From NCBI GenBank assembly GCA_048013815.1, contig CM106586.1:5580001-5644000 (forward strand): a stretch of DNA of 64,000 bases, written 5' to 3'. A program made the translations under genes and the position numbers. Below, one piece after another: positions 36,601 to 47,413 of this stretch. Origin of the DNA: Setoptus koraiensis. Its lineage: Eukaryota; Animalia; Arthropoda. The notes under the pieces were generated by a model that was not told the DNA's origin, did no database searches, and worked only from the letters and a program-made list of their open reading frames with translations. Position 1 is the first letter of the stretch. Every line of letters begins with the position of its first letter.

Positions 36601-37317
36601 TTAAAAGAAAATCAACTTTTTCATAGATGAAAACAATAAACAAGCCATTGCTGTGACTAATATAGGAACTGTGTAGGCCGTCACTCTGTTCTCATCTTCG
36701 GCCTCGTTGTCGGTATCATTGGTTTCCGATGTTGGGTCTACCAGATGATTTGACAGCGCGAAATGGCGCAGAAACGTCATAAGATTTTTGCAGCCTCTCA
36801 CATGAGCTCCAAGATTTCTGTCAATCAGTTGGTGTGTCAACAACTTACTTAAATAAACGTATATGACTACATCTGCATGGTGAAAAGAGTCCTTGTCTCC
36901 TGACGAGAAAAATGATTTGCGCTTGGCAAGCCTCTCATCGAGCAGAACAAGAGATTTTTTTGCGTCATTAATAAGTTCCAGTTCTGATGTTTGTTTGGTT
37001 AGGTCGCGATCGAACAGTATCTTGTCAATTCTCTTCAATGCGCGCTGACTTACGAAATATGGCAAGACAAGGGAGTGGGTGAAATTCAATTCTTTACACA
37101 GCTGGGGTCTAGTGTATATTCTGTAGTTGTCCTGGTTGAATAGAAGATGCAAGAGAACCGGCTCGAGTTTTCTTTTGGCCCAAGAAATGAGAATTTCCTC
37201 TAGTGTTTGCGTTGTTGTATCGTGTTCGACTTGGATGTTTGAAAACCCTAATAGGTTGTCTATTTGTCTGTCCAATGACTCGTTGGACAGGTCCATTGAA
37301 CTAACAATAGAATTCAT
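36601..37317 (-). CDS. Metaxin-1/3-like outer-mitochondrial protein with a shortened N-terminus
   Basis: KLEPVLLHLLFNQDNY...TR aligns with metaxin EKLLPVLVHTFW..NY..TR; GST-C-like FFSSGDKDSFHHADVVIYVYL; C-terminal TM anchor. Start codon uncertain. Confidence 0.65.
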   Translation of the reverse strand: MNSIVSSMDLSNESLDRQIDNLLGFSNIQVEHDTTTQTLEEILISWAKRKLEPVLLHLLFNQDNYRIYTRPQLCKELNFTHSLVLPYFVSQRALKRIDKILFDRDLTKQTSELELINDAKKSLVLLDERLAKRKSFFSSGDKDSFHHADVVIYVYLSKLLTHQLIDRNLGAHVRGCKNLMTFLRHFALSNHLVDPTSETNDTDNEAEDENRVTAYTVPILVTAMACLLFSSMKKLIFF

Positions 37318-38316
37318 GCTCGCTGGTTGGTACGACACAGTTAGAAGTCCTTGAGAGTAGCCTGCCTATTGACTGGATATGGCTTCATTTGGTTTATGGC
37401 ATATATTATGCGATGAATGGGCCTTTTTCTGTGAGGCAGATTCTAATATCGGGTAAACTATTGATTGGCACTGATCACTACAAAATATCTGATTGCCGGG
37501 GCCGTGATCTTGCTTTTCCTGTGCCACAGCTGTGAGATTCTGATTATCGTGCAGCCTTGAATACGCGTGCTGGCCCTGAAAGGGCGAATTAGTGAGAAGC
37601 CTCCCAACTCCCAGTTTTCCTCCCACCATAATCGTGGGAGTTGTATTTGTCTCAATCAGCAAAATCGCAGCGATTTTTTTAGTTTGAATAATGCGCGCTA
37701 ACAAGCGAAACTTTTGTGTTAGCCAACATTCTGTTCATTTCGTGCTCTTTCTATTCATGCCTGGCTCTGCTGTGTGGCCCTCTCGCAACGCTGTGACAGT
37801 GACAGCAACAGCCGGTCACCGGTCAGCCAGTGCGAGTGTGTGTGTGTGTGTGTGAAAGAATATTGGCAACGAAAGTTGCATTATAGTAGCAGCAGTTCTA
37901 TTGGGTGTTCAATGTAATGCAAGCAGGCATGACTTGATGATTACTCTCGTTACAGTACTACGAGTTATGCGATGTGACATGAGAAAATAAAAATACCTCT
38001 TGGTCTTCTCGTGTTCAATTACACACCACACCAACAACAACAGCGACAACTACAACAACGACAACTACGACGGCAATATCAACCACAGCAACAACCACAG
38101 CGGCAATAACGACAACCAACAGCAAGAAATCTTTCGTATGATGCCGGCTAACAACTGGTAGAATATTCCTGTCTGTGTCGCCATTACTATTTATACACAT
38201 TGAATTACATTATTAATATTACTATTATCATTATAATCATCATAATCATCACTATTATTTAACTTAATTATCTATTATTATTGCTAATCGTCATATACAC
38301 GACACAAACTAACACG

Positions 38317-40571
38317 ATGCTACTGTTGAGATTTAGCATCATAAGTCTCGCCTGGCTGGCGGGTTTCCTATCGAGATTATTTGCTGTCATTAGATTTGAA
38401 TCTATTATACACGAATTTGATCCCTGGTTCAATTATAGGGCGACACATTACATGACAGAACACGGATGGTATGACTTTCTCAATTGGTTTGATGACAGGG
38501 CCTGGTATCCATTGGGACGTATTGTTGGCGGAACTGTTTTTCCTGGTCTCATGCTCGTCAGCGGATCCATTCACTATATATTACAATTATTGAACATACA
38601 TGTGCACATTAGGGATATTTGTGTCTTCTTAGCGCCCATTTTCAGTGGACTCACCTCGATTGCCACCTATTTTCTCACTAAAGAACTCTGGAATGAATCC
38701 GCGGGACTGTTCGCGGCCTGTTTCATTGCAATAGTGCCAGGTTACATCAGTCGATCCGTGGCAGGAAGCTACGACAATGAAGGAATTGCCATATTTGCCC
38801 TCATGCTTACTTACTACTTATGGGTTAAATCAGTTAAGACGGGCAGCATTCTATGGGCTAGCCTTACTGCGTTAGCTTACTTCTTTATGGTCTCAGCATG
38901 GGGAGGTTATGTCTTCATTATTAATTTAATACCCCTGCACGTTTTCTTCTTGATGCTCATGGGAAGATTCTCTCACAGAATATACATTGCCTACTCTACA
39001 TTCTTCATATTAGGATTATTGTTATCAATGCAAATACCATTTGTTGGCTTTCAGCCCGTCCGCACATCCGAACACATGGCCTCGGCTGGAATATTTGTTT
39101 TAGTTCAAGCTTATTCATTCCTCAAATATCTGCAATCTAAAATGTCCAAGGCTCAATTCAAAATATACTTTTATACAGCAGCCGCACTATCCGCAGCCCT
39201 TGTCTTCCTAACGGTGATCGTTTTGACTCAACTAGGATATATTGCACCATGGTCAGGACGTTTTTACTCCCTTTGGGACACAGGCTATGCAAAGATACAT
39301 ATTCCAATCATAGCATCAGTTTCCGAGCATCAGCCCACTACGTGGTTCTCATTTTTCTTCGACTTACATGTACTTGTTGCAGTTTATCCCATTGGTCTAT
39401 GGCATTGTATTAAGCAACTTAACGACGAAAGAGTATTCATTGCTCTATACGCAATAACAGCATCTTATTTCGCAGGTGTCATGGTGAGGCTTATGTTAAC
39501 ACTCACGCCGGTTGTTTGTGTTCTAAGCGCCATAGCATTCTCAGATCTATTTACAAATAGTCTTAGAGAGGAAGAAAGTGAACTTAAAGAGTTACCATCC
39601 AACGAAGCATCTTCGAGAACAGTAAAAGACAAAAGTGGGGCTCCTGATAAGGTAAGAATAGTTTAACAGTCTTTCAACAAATCCCCGTTTGTGGATACAT
39701 ACATAACTATTACAAACATACTATTTATACTTAACTTCTCTTGTGTGCTCACTTACAGACTGCTGCAAGGTTGAAAAAGCTACGCTCTGAACGTGAAAAG
39801 AAAGAGCAAAGTATAGGCCCTGGACTTAAGACATCCATTTCTATCCTAGTTATGATGATTCTATTACTTTTTGTTGTACATTGTACATGGGTGACAAGCA
39901 ATGCCTATTCCAGTCCTAGCATCGTATTGGCTAGTTACAACAGTGATGGAACAAGGATGATACTTGATGATTTCCGTGAGGCATATCATTGGTTGTCGCA
40001 AAACACCGAAGACAAAGCCAGAATCATGTCATGGTGGGACTATGGATATCAGATTGCTGGTATGGCTAATCGTACGACTCTTGTTGACAATAATACTTGG
40101 AACAATAGCCATATCGCCTTGGTCGGTATGGCTATGGCCTCAACAGAAGAAAAAGCATACGAAATAATGCAATCACTAGATGTTGATTATGTTTTGGTGA
40201 TATTTGGCGGTGTTATTGGCTACTCTGGAGATGATATAAACAAATTCCTATGGATGGTCAGAATAGGAGAAGGAGAACACCCGACCAAAGTAAGAGAGAG
40301 TGACTATTTTACAGACAGGGGTGAATTTCGGGTAGATGCCGAAGGATCTCCAACTTTATTAAATTGCCTCATGTATAAATTGAGCTATTACAGATTTGGT
40401 AATCTGCAGATTGATTTTAGATCCCCTCCTGGATTCGACCGAACGCGAGGCGTCGAGATTGGGAATAAAAATATCAAACTAGAGCATTTAGAGGAGGCCT
40501 ATACTACAGAGCATTGGTTGGTACGTATTTATAAAGTGAAGAAGTTACCAAACCGACCCAGGATTCTGTAG
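38317..40571 (+). CDS. STT3B: Oligosaccharyltransferase catalytic subunit STT3B-like; exons 38317-39651 and 39759-40571
   Basis: [41 protein letters not shown] and DINKF motifs; phase-0 GT-AG intron 39652-39758. A further upstream exon is not excluded. Confidence 0.93.
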
Positions 40572-42242
40572 AGCCTTCCTGAAGTTAGTACTTAAATGTT
40601 GATTGGTAGGAACAAGTTCTCTGGGTTCATTTGTATTTAATAATTCTTCGTCAATAAAGATCCTGGATGATGTCTTAGTCGCATCACAATAATCGGTCGC
40701 TAAGCCTAAATTAATAAGTTCCGAGGATAAACTTTCGAATCTCCTGTATAAGTCGCCTTCTTCTGAATCGCAGATGCTCAATGGTTTTAAGCAAAATAGG
40801 TTTATCCCAATACTTTCGGTATGTAATGGATTAACACTACTGTAAGACAAATAATTTCTCGTCTCTTCATCCTCCCTTATCATGATGCACAACTTTTTCA
40901 AACGTCTGTCGTACATCCACTGGTCTACTGTGCTTAAGGCAGAAGATAGCCATACTCTATCTGTAAAGTCATTAACACACATACCTGTTGGATGTATACC
41001 AAATAATGAACATCTCATAGACAAACTTCCAACTTTTCTCAAGGCGTCGTCTAGAGGCCGCATAGTAAATTGAGTGCGTAGACAAACAAATCCATAATCT
41101 ATAGATCGGACTTTATACACCACGCCTTCTAATCTGGGCTCTTTGATTGGATTAATACATTGATTGAATAATGACATTGCCTTAAATGACTTTTCTAAGG
41201 GATTAGCATCAAATCTGGTGACCAAGGTTCGTGCAGAACCATCTACCTGTGTTTCCACTACCATCTCAACCCTACCGCGTATCCACTCACCATATCTGCT
41301 ATTTGCTTCGTTCCTCATTAGGCAAAAATCATTTTCATTATACACATGATCATCTTCGTAGAAATCATCTCTACTTGCTACACTAGAATCAATAAACCCT
41401 TGATATTTTCTGCAGAATTCTCTGTAGTTGAAATCAACTGGTCTCACGTAGAATAGATCGGGCCCATCCCACCACAAAACTTCTACTCCTATTAGAGAGT
41501 CTTGAATGCTTTGATGAGGACTTTCGTATTTTTTGCTAATATTTTGATAGATATTTTGCATGTAACTAAAACAACTTAAAGTGGGTTCTTGCCAACAAAT
41601 TTGAGATTGTTTTTTATTAATTCTCTGATCTTGGTTCTCAATCTTGATGGTCTGCATTCTACCGTGACTTTTGAGGTGAGTCGATGATTGAAACGGTGGT
41701 CTGATTATATCTACAAAGAATTTTCCCTTAACAAAATCTTTTATATCAATTTTTATTGACTTCCTCCGTTTGCAAACAGACTTGATATGTTGTTCTATTT
41801 CTAACTCTTCATGATCGCTGAGTTTATCAAGATTGTGCAGAGAGCACTGAAGGGCCATAGGTTCAACGAGAGCCCACTTAGCTATCGAAGGTGGAAATTC
41901 AAACACTTTGTCCATTTTGACACGCAATTTGACGCCTGTATCAATCGCAAAAGCTTCTACGCCAGGCACAACGAGGCCATTCTCGACGGGGCAGTTGACT
42001 CGAAGGATTTTCGCACGATATCCGTAAGAATCGTGAGAAATAATTTTGATGGTTCCTTCTTTGAGCTGATGTAGTCTAGTCTTGTATCTTCTCTCCTGGA
42101 CAACTGATTGCAAAACTTTTGTATAAGTGTCAATTTCTTCACGATGATCATGACGCGGATGAGATACACAGAAATCTGATAAATTGTTAAATTTTTTAAC
42201 TTTAACGTTGAATATTTCTTGGCTCCAAACGAGATCTTCCAT
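40545..42242 (-). CDS. Tandem extended-Tudor domain protein (TDRD family, possibly piRNA pathway)
   Basis: Two Tudor-SN-like units: YRAKIL...AFAIDTG...FEFPP...ALQCSLHNL and WIRGRV...VRSIDYG...[11 protein letters not shown]. Likely ATG 42242 (frame open from 42299). Confidence 0.7.
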   Translation of the reverse strand: MEDLVWSQEIFNVKVKKFNNLSDFCVSHPRHDHREEIDTYTKVLQSVVQERRYKTRLHQLKEGTIKIISHDSYGYRAKILRVNCPVENGLVVPGVEAFAIDTGVKLRVKMDKVFEFPPSIAKWALVEPMALQCSLHNLDKLSDHEELEIEQHIKSVCKRRKSIKIDIKDFVKGKFFVDIIRPPFQSSTHLKSHGRMQTIKIENQDQRINKKQSQICWQEPTLSCFSYMQNIYQNISKKYESPHQSIQDSLIGVEVLWWDGPDLFYVRPVDFNYREFCRKYQGFIDSSVASRDDFYEDDHVYNENDFCLMRNEANSRYGEWIRGRVEMVVETQVDGSARTLVTRFDANPLEKSFKAMSLFNQCINPIKEPRLEGVVYKVRSIDYGFVCLRTQFTMRPLDDALRKVGSLSMRCSLFGIHPTGMCVNDFTDRVWLSSALSTVDQWMYDRRLKKLCIMIREDEETRNYLSYSSVNPLHTESIGINLFCLKPLSICDSEEGDLYRRFESLSSELINLGLATDYCDATKTSSRIFIDEELLNTNEPRELVPTNQHLSTNFRKALQNPGSVW

Positions 42243-42358
42243 TTTTGGTATGAATATATGGGTGATAAATATATGCCGTAATGCAATGCCGTATTTCAAT
42301 GTACATTCGAATAAGAGTGTGTCGTCGACGATTTTACACAGTCCTCTAGCGCCTAGAA

Positions 42359-42585
42359 GTTGATGAGCGGCTCTTGCCCAGGGCAGGGAAGCGTTACCAG
42401 GAATCGAACTGCACTAGCTCAATGGAATGGGAGCGAGGCCGTTTCCCGTCAATTGGAGATAGGGGAAGAAATTTCGCTCGGGCTCAAAAAACAGCCACTG
42501 CTAGGTTAGGTGCAACAGGGGGCGAACTCCCGGCGGGTTGCGGCAAGTTCGCCGATCACCGCTCAGCGCCGCTCATCGATATTTT
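42359..42585 (+). ncRNA. Candidate structured ncRNA of about 225 nt with a 13-bp terminal stem and T4 end, family unassigned
   Basis: 42359-42371 pairs with 42568-42580 (13 bp, two G-U on +), followed by ATTTT. Internal helices: 42386-42393/42440-42447, 42373-42378/42542-42547 and 42521-42528/42546-42553. No internal T4 on +. Confidence 0.5.
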
Positions 42586-42765
42586 GAGTTTCGCGCTTCC
42601 ATTGCCAAAGACGCAATCGACCACGTGCACTGGACATGGAATAGTCCGTTTGCGAATTAATGTCGCTGTTGCGCGTCATTATTGTGCAACACGAATATAC
42701 TAATTTACATTTACCATATATTTGTTGGATGTATTTGCTATCTATGTTGTTTGGGTAGATAGAAT

Positions 42766-44700
42766 ATGTCATTGTGTCGGGTCAATTCCAACTTTAGCCT
42801 AGTCATACGCCGATTGCCAACAGTTTACAACAATAGACAATTGCGAGAGTTACGTCACGCTGTTAGGCCAAATGACAACAACAACCACAGCAACAACGAA
42901 CGTCAACAGATTGCAACAGATAGGGACTTTTTTGGTATAGACGATGTGACTAATAAAGATGTTGCTGGCACCAACACTTTGTCGTCAGTAGAAACAGAAA
43001 AACTCAACGAAATATACCATCCACTGCTGAAGAAACGCAACATAAGTGACGTCGTCGAAAAGGAACAGCCTACAACTTTTGGCTTCGTTAGGAGGGATTC
43101 CGACAATATACCCAAAGAACATGGTCAGTTCGAAGAGGAAAACGCTTTCAAGCCTGCCAGCGCCTCCCAATTAATCAAAACATTTTTCTCAGGCCAAAAC
43201 TTAGTCAGTCAAACTCCGCTAGTCCAAATACCAGAGCAAACTTATGGCCCGATTAACAAGATCAGTTGTGTGACGCCCCCGAAAGAGTTCGAATCTGTTG
43301 TGGAGTCATTGAGAACGCCTGGATGCAGCACTTCTGTCAAAGATCACACTGTCAAACCTAGAGCGTTGCTGAAATTCAACTTCAAGTATTCTAAAATAGT
43401 CGATACGCAGTCTGTCGAAGAGGAGAGTTCTGACGAGCGAAATAAATTTGCCAAGTTCAGTTCAGGAACCATCGAAAATGTGGATCAACTCTTAACTGAG
43501 ATTGAATCACAAAAGAACGACAATGCCGAGGAGATAACTTTTGATATAAATAAAGATCAGATGGAGCATAGGAGACTTGAAAAAGAGCAAGGACTACACG
43601 ATAGAGAACCATTTGATATAGATCAGGAAAAAATAGATTTCAGGTTCGACAAGAATCTTGAGGATTCCGTCTCAGTCCCAACGACTACAACGGGCATCAA
43701 CAGTTTGGACTACCTGAAAACAATCAAATCTGATGCTAGCAAAGCAGTAACTAAAGAAATCAAATTTAAGGCACACCCAGTCAATCTATACTCTGCTAGA
43801 GTCAAACTTGATTCCAAGGGATATGTTGACTTCAGCAGTCAAGTTCCAGATTACAGTAAATATACCAGAGCTGAGATTTTCAATTTTTTGAAAAGTAACA
43901 TTCTTTATCACAACCACGACATTGTTGCAATCAACAAGCCCTACGGTATATCTTGTCATGGTGGTAATGATTTGAGTAAGACTGATTACTCAAATCTTAC
44001 ATACTACTTTGCTGATATAGCGAAGTCATTGAGAATAAGTAAACTCCATCTGGTACATAGGATAGACCAATCAACAACTGGAGTCTTGATTCTTGCTACT
44101 TCGCAAGAGAAGGCTAAATTCCTTAACAAGTTATTTTCATCTGGTGAAGTGAGAAAACTATACTGGTGCGTAACAAAAGATGTACCACGACCGCATGAGG
44201 GAATTATAGATATTCCTATTGAAGAATTTAAGACGGACGGCAAGACCAGGCAAGGACTACGTCCGCAGCTCATTGAAGAATTGCGCCATCTAACAAAAAG
44301 GAAAGATGAATCAAGAAGAGCTATAACAGAATATAAAGTATTGTCTGAATACGGATCTGCTGCCTTAGTCGAGGTCCATCCAAAGACAGGAGTCAAGCAT
44401 CAAATAAGATGCCATCTTGGCTTTGGTCTACGCACGCCTATACTGGGCGATCACAAATATAGTCACATTACTAAAATAATGCCCCAGAAGTTGCCATCCG
44501 ATTTACTTTTGAGAATGAACGTTCGACAAGCCAAAGCCAGGACCATCCCTATGCACCTTCACGCAAAGAGCATCGTACTACCCCAAGCAAATCCAAATGG
44601 ACAAGACATCTTCCTCAAAGCGCCTTTGCCTAGATTTTTCGCACGAAATTTAAGGACACTAAAGCTATTAAAAGATGGTTTGATGATCGATTGCGTCTAA
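42766..44700 (+). CDS. RPUSD4: Mitochondrial RluA-family RNA pseudouridine synthase, RPUSD4-like, with a long N-terminal extension
   Basis: INKPYG, catalytic HRIDQSTTG, KLYW, TGVKHQIRCHL, TPILGDHKYS, MHLHAKSI. The Arg/Ser-rich N-terminus fits a mitochondrial presequence. Confidence 0.88.
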   Translation: MSLCRVNSNFSLVIRRLPTVYNNRQLRELRHAVRPNDNNNHSNNERQQIATDRDFFGIDDVTNKDVAGTNTLSSVETEKLNEIYHPLLKKRNISDVVEKEQPTTFGFVRRDSDNIPKEHGQFEEENAFKPASASQLIKTFFSGQNLVSQTPLVQIPEQTYGPINKISCVTPPKEFESVVESLRTPGCSTSVKDHTVKPRALLKFNFKYSKIVDTQSVEEESSDERNKFAKFSSGTIENVDQLLTEIESQKNDNAEEITFDINKDQMEHRRLEKEQGLHDREPFDIDQEKIDFRFDKNLEDSVSVPTTTTGINSLDYLKTIKSDASKAVTKEIKFKAHPVNLYSARVKLDSKGYVDFSSQVPDYSKYTRAEIFNFLKSNILYHNHDIVAINKPYGISCHGGNDLSKTDYSNLTYYFADIAKSLRISKLHLVHRIDQSTTGVLILATSQEKAKFLNKLFSSGEVRKLYWCVTKDVPRPHEGIIDIPIEEFKTDGKTRQGLRPQLIEELRHLTKRKDESRRAITEYKVLSEYGSAALVEVHPKTGVKHQIRCHLGFGLRTPILGDHKYSHITKIMPQKLPSDLLLRMNVRQAKARTIPMHLHAKSIVLPQANPNGQDIFLKAPLPRFFARNLRTLKLLKDGLMIDCV

Positions 44701-44969
44701 ATAGAGTAAATAAGTGGGAGATAGAAACAATTTAATTTAGTGGTGTATCAATTAAGCTTCCAATATTTATTCTTATTAAAATTTTCGGTTGATCCAATTG
44801 AAGAATGATGGCCACATGTATTTTTGCATGGGGGTCCTCAAGTTGTGTATTACGATATAGATTGAATACAATGCTCATAATTATGTGAATATTCTCGATC
44901 GAGTTGGTTCTCATTAACTAATTATTCAGCTTATAGCCTAGTCCCAGGATAGTGTGGTGTCAGTTTAAT

Positions 44970-46394
44970 TCAATTATGTTCTGGCCCAGCCACCGGTACT
45001 TCCGCGGGTGCAGCTTTTTCTGCTACTGGTACTTGTTCAGGTACCGATGCAAGAACTGGCGCTTGTTCTGGTGCTTGCTCTGGTACTGGCACTGGTGCTT
45101 GCTCTGGTACTGGCACTGGTGCTTGTTCTGGTACTTGCACTGGTGCTTGTTCTGGTACTCGCACTGGTGTTTGTACTGGTACTTGCACTGGTGCTTGTTC
45201 TGGTACTTGCACTGGTGCTTGTTCTGGTACTTGCACTGGTGTTTGTACTCGTACTTGCACTGGTGTTTGTACTGGCATTGGTACTTTCACTGGTACCTGT
45301 ACTGGTGATTGTGAAAAGAAGTCAACCGTTTCAATCGATTTATATTTTGGTCCGTCCAGTCTGGCGTCAGCTACTTGCACCACAGCAGGCCCCATTGGAT
45401 TCGTTATGGTTTGCAACGGCCTCAAAGTGAGCTTGACTTTGAGCTTGAGGATTGCCTCAGAAAGACGAGCCTTTAGGGCGGTGATTTTTTGCGCAACACC
45501 ATGGGCTCTTCGTTGGGCTTGGGATTTTTGTTGGAGTTCAACTCGCTTTTGTATCGAAGTCACATAGGCCCTCAAAGCTTTAAACATGGTACTATGGATG
45601 CGATGGTGTTCTTTGTCTAGATTTTCAATGATTCTATCCAAATCAGCATGAACTTGTTTCAATTCTCTCAGATCAGCCCCAAAGTCGTTGTCTACTGACG
45701 CAGGCACGAGCGCGGGCATGCCGAGAGCAACAGGTGGTTGATCTGGAAGGTCGTGGTTTTCGGATTTTCCAACGCGTTGCTCAACAACAACATCGTTGTT
45801 GGTGGTGACAATTGTTGGCTCGACCACTTCGTTTGTGTTGGATGCAGGCGACTGCGATTGAACAGTATTTGCTGGTACAACCGATGCTTTAGAAGCTGTT
45901 TGTATCTGTGTGAGAGCATCGTCTAGCTCCTCAACTGACTTTACCGATTCCATTAGAGATTCAGTGAGTTCGCTGTTCAATGTATTTGTCGGTGCGGAGG
46001 CGCATTCACATTTGCCAGCTCTGTCCACCTCAACTTGTTTAGTTGGCTCATTAGCGGAAACGCCGGCGTGTGGAACATCGTGGTTTGGCAACAACGTTTG
46101 GAAGGTAGACGGTAACCCGACTGCGTTTGGCTGATGGCCACTTGTTGTTGAATGCTGAGTAAAGTAATGGACAACAGTGGCTGGAATAGCCAAAAGCGAT
46201 TGAACGGGCGACAATGGGTTAGTTGTGGTTGCTTGTTGGCTGTTGGCCGGATTCACCGATTGAGCCATATTACGGAGGAATTCTCCTACACTTCGATAAT
46301 GGTGATATTCCAGATGTGCATCAACATGCTGGCAATAGCTAGACACGGATGCAATGAGAACAAGCGAGATTAGGGCGACACTTGACGATTTCAT
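44970..46394 (-). CDS. Secreted orphan protein: signal peptide, coiled coil and C-terminal (PEQAPVQV)n repeats
   Basis: 474-aa ORF with the signal peptide MKSSSVALISLVLIASVSS, a heptad-like segment around aa 240-320, and 8-aa repeats. Confidence 0.8.
   Translation of the reverse strand: MKSSSVALISLVLIASVSSYCQHVDAHLEYHHYRSVGEFLRNMAQSVNPANSQQATTTNPLSPVQSLLAIPATVVHYFTQHSTTSGHQPNAVGLPSTFQTLLPNHDVPHAGVSANEPTKQVEVDRAGKCECASAPTNTLNSELTESLMESVKSVEELDDALTQIQTASKASVVPANTVQSQSPASNTNEVVEPTIVTTNNDVVVEQRVGKSENHDLPDQPPVALGMPALVPASVDNDFGADLRELKQVHADLDRIIENLDKEHHRIHSTMFKALRAYVTSIQKRVELQQKSQAQRRAHGVAQKITALKARLSEAILKLKVKLTLRPLQTITNPMGPAVVQVADARLDGPKYKSIETVDFFSQSPVQVPVKVPMPVQTPVQVRVQTPVQVPEQAPVQVPEQAPVQVPVQTPVRVPEQAPVQVPEQAPVPVPEQAPVPVPEQAPEQAPVLASVPEQVPVAEKAAPAEVPVAGPEHN
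45025..45305 (-). repeat. Coding tandem repeat, 24-bp unit, about 11 copies
   Basis: The unit tggtacttgcactggtgcttgttc and variants; accounts for the shadow ORFs at 44952 and 45008. Confidence 0.9.
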
Positions 46395-47038
46395 ATTGTC
46401 GCAATATATTTCTACGGGTCTACTGGTGAGCTGTTTGGCGTTGTTGTTTCTATTTGAACTGTCTTATTGATTTTTTCGTGTATATTATTATTGAAATTTT
46501 AATATGACGATGTTAGTTGAGTGGACAATTGGCGAGTGACCAGTCGTTGAAGGCGATCGTTGGCCAAAGTAAGTTGACCAAATGGGACAACAAAGAAACA
46601 AAGCAATAAAACAACAACAAACAAACCAACAAAGGACCGGGCTCGAGAAAGTTCCAGACAACAGCTTAAGCTCTAACAAAGAACATAGGGGTAGATTCGG
46701 TGGTGGTGGGGGGGGAGAGAGATGGAGAGAGAGATAGAGACCAGACTGGTGAATAGCAGAGAAGAATCATAAAATCACGAGTACCTGGGAGTCCCAGGCT
46801 GACTATTTTGAGATTTAATTCTCGCTCAACTACCCACTAAACTGAACCTGACCGGAGGGGGAAAGAAACAATGGTGGTCAACAACAAAAACAACAACAAA
46901 ACCAAAACCAACAACAGCAGAAATGGACGCAGCGAACGCATCGATGGATTTCGATCAGCACTCAAACGCGCTATAGGCCGGTGTCATGACGATACCCCTA
47001 ACACGCCCCCCACTGGTAGTGCGTGCGCCAGCCAAATA

Positions 47039-47413
47039 TAGGGTGTCTCAAGCAAGCGCCCAGGGTTGTACAGATTATGCTACGCTACCTTCCACAGTGC
47101 ATTTGCATCACACAAACACTGCGCACTGCTTCCAATGTGCACCGATGGTTTATGAAATATCCAACAGAGGCGCTGCTCACACTTTGTTGAACGAAGAATG
47201 CACTGCAGCGCCGCTCTCGTGGATCTTTTGTAAACTAATTTAGGTGCATCAGAAAAACCTGTGCCGCTTTAATCGCACAGTTCGTGCGTAAGCTTGACTT
47301 TGAGCGTGTTTAGTGTCATGATACAACAGCAGCACATAAAACTACTTTGCACTGTCTGTGCTTGTGTGCTGCACATGTGTTTCTGGACCTGGGCGCTTGC
47401 TCGAGACACCCTA
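47039..47413. mobile_element. MITE, Tc1/mariner-type, 375 bp
   Basis: 26-bp terminal inverted repeats (TAGGGTGTCTCAAGCAAGCGCCCAGG, 1 mismatch) flanked by TA at 47037-47038 and 47414-47415. No transposase ORF. Confidence 0.85.

Noticed and set aside
6837-37368. Genome-wide UAG reassignment, suggested by in-frame TAGs at the neuropeptide and upstream of metaxin
   Set aside because: NUDT21 ends at TAG at the position where the canonical protein ends, and STT3B also terminates at TAG, so UAG is a normal stop.
42395-42415. tRNA gene suggested by GTTCGATTCC on the - strand
   Set aside because: The T-stem does not pair and no cloverleaf forms.
44952-45430. Two + strand ORFs of repetitive Trp/Cys/Leu or Leu/Val/Ala composition
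   Set aside because: They are antisense shadows of the 24-bp coding repeat in the - strand secreted protein.
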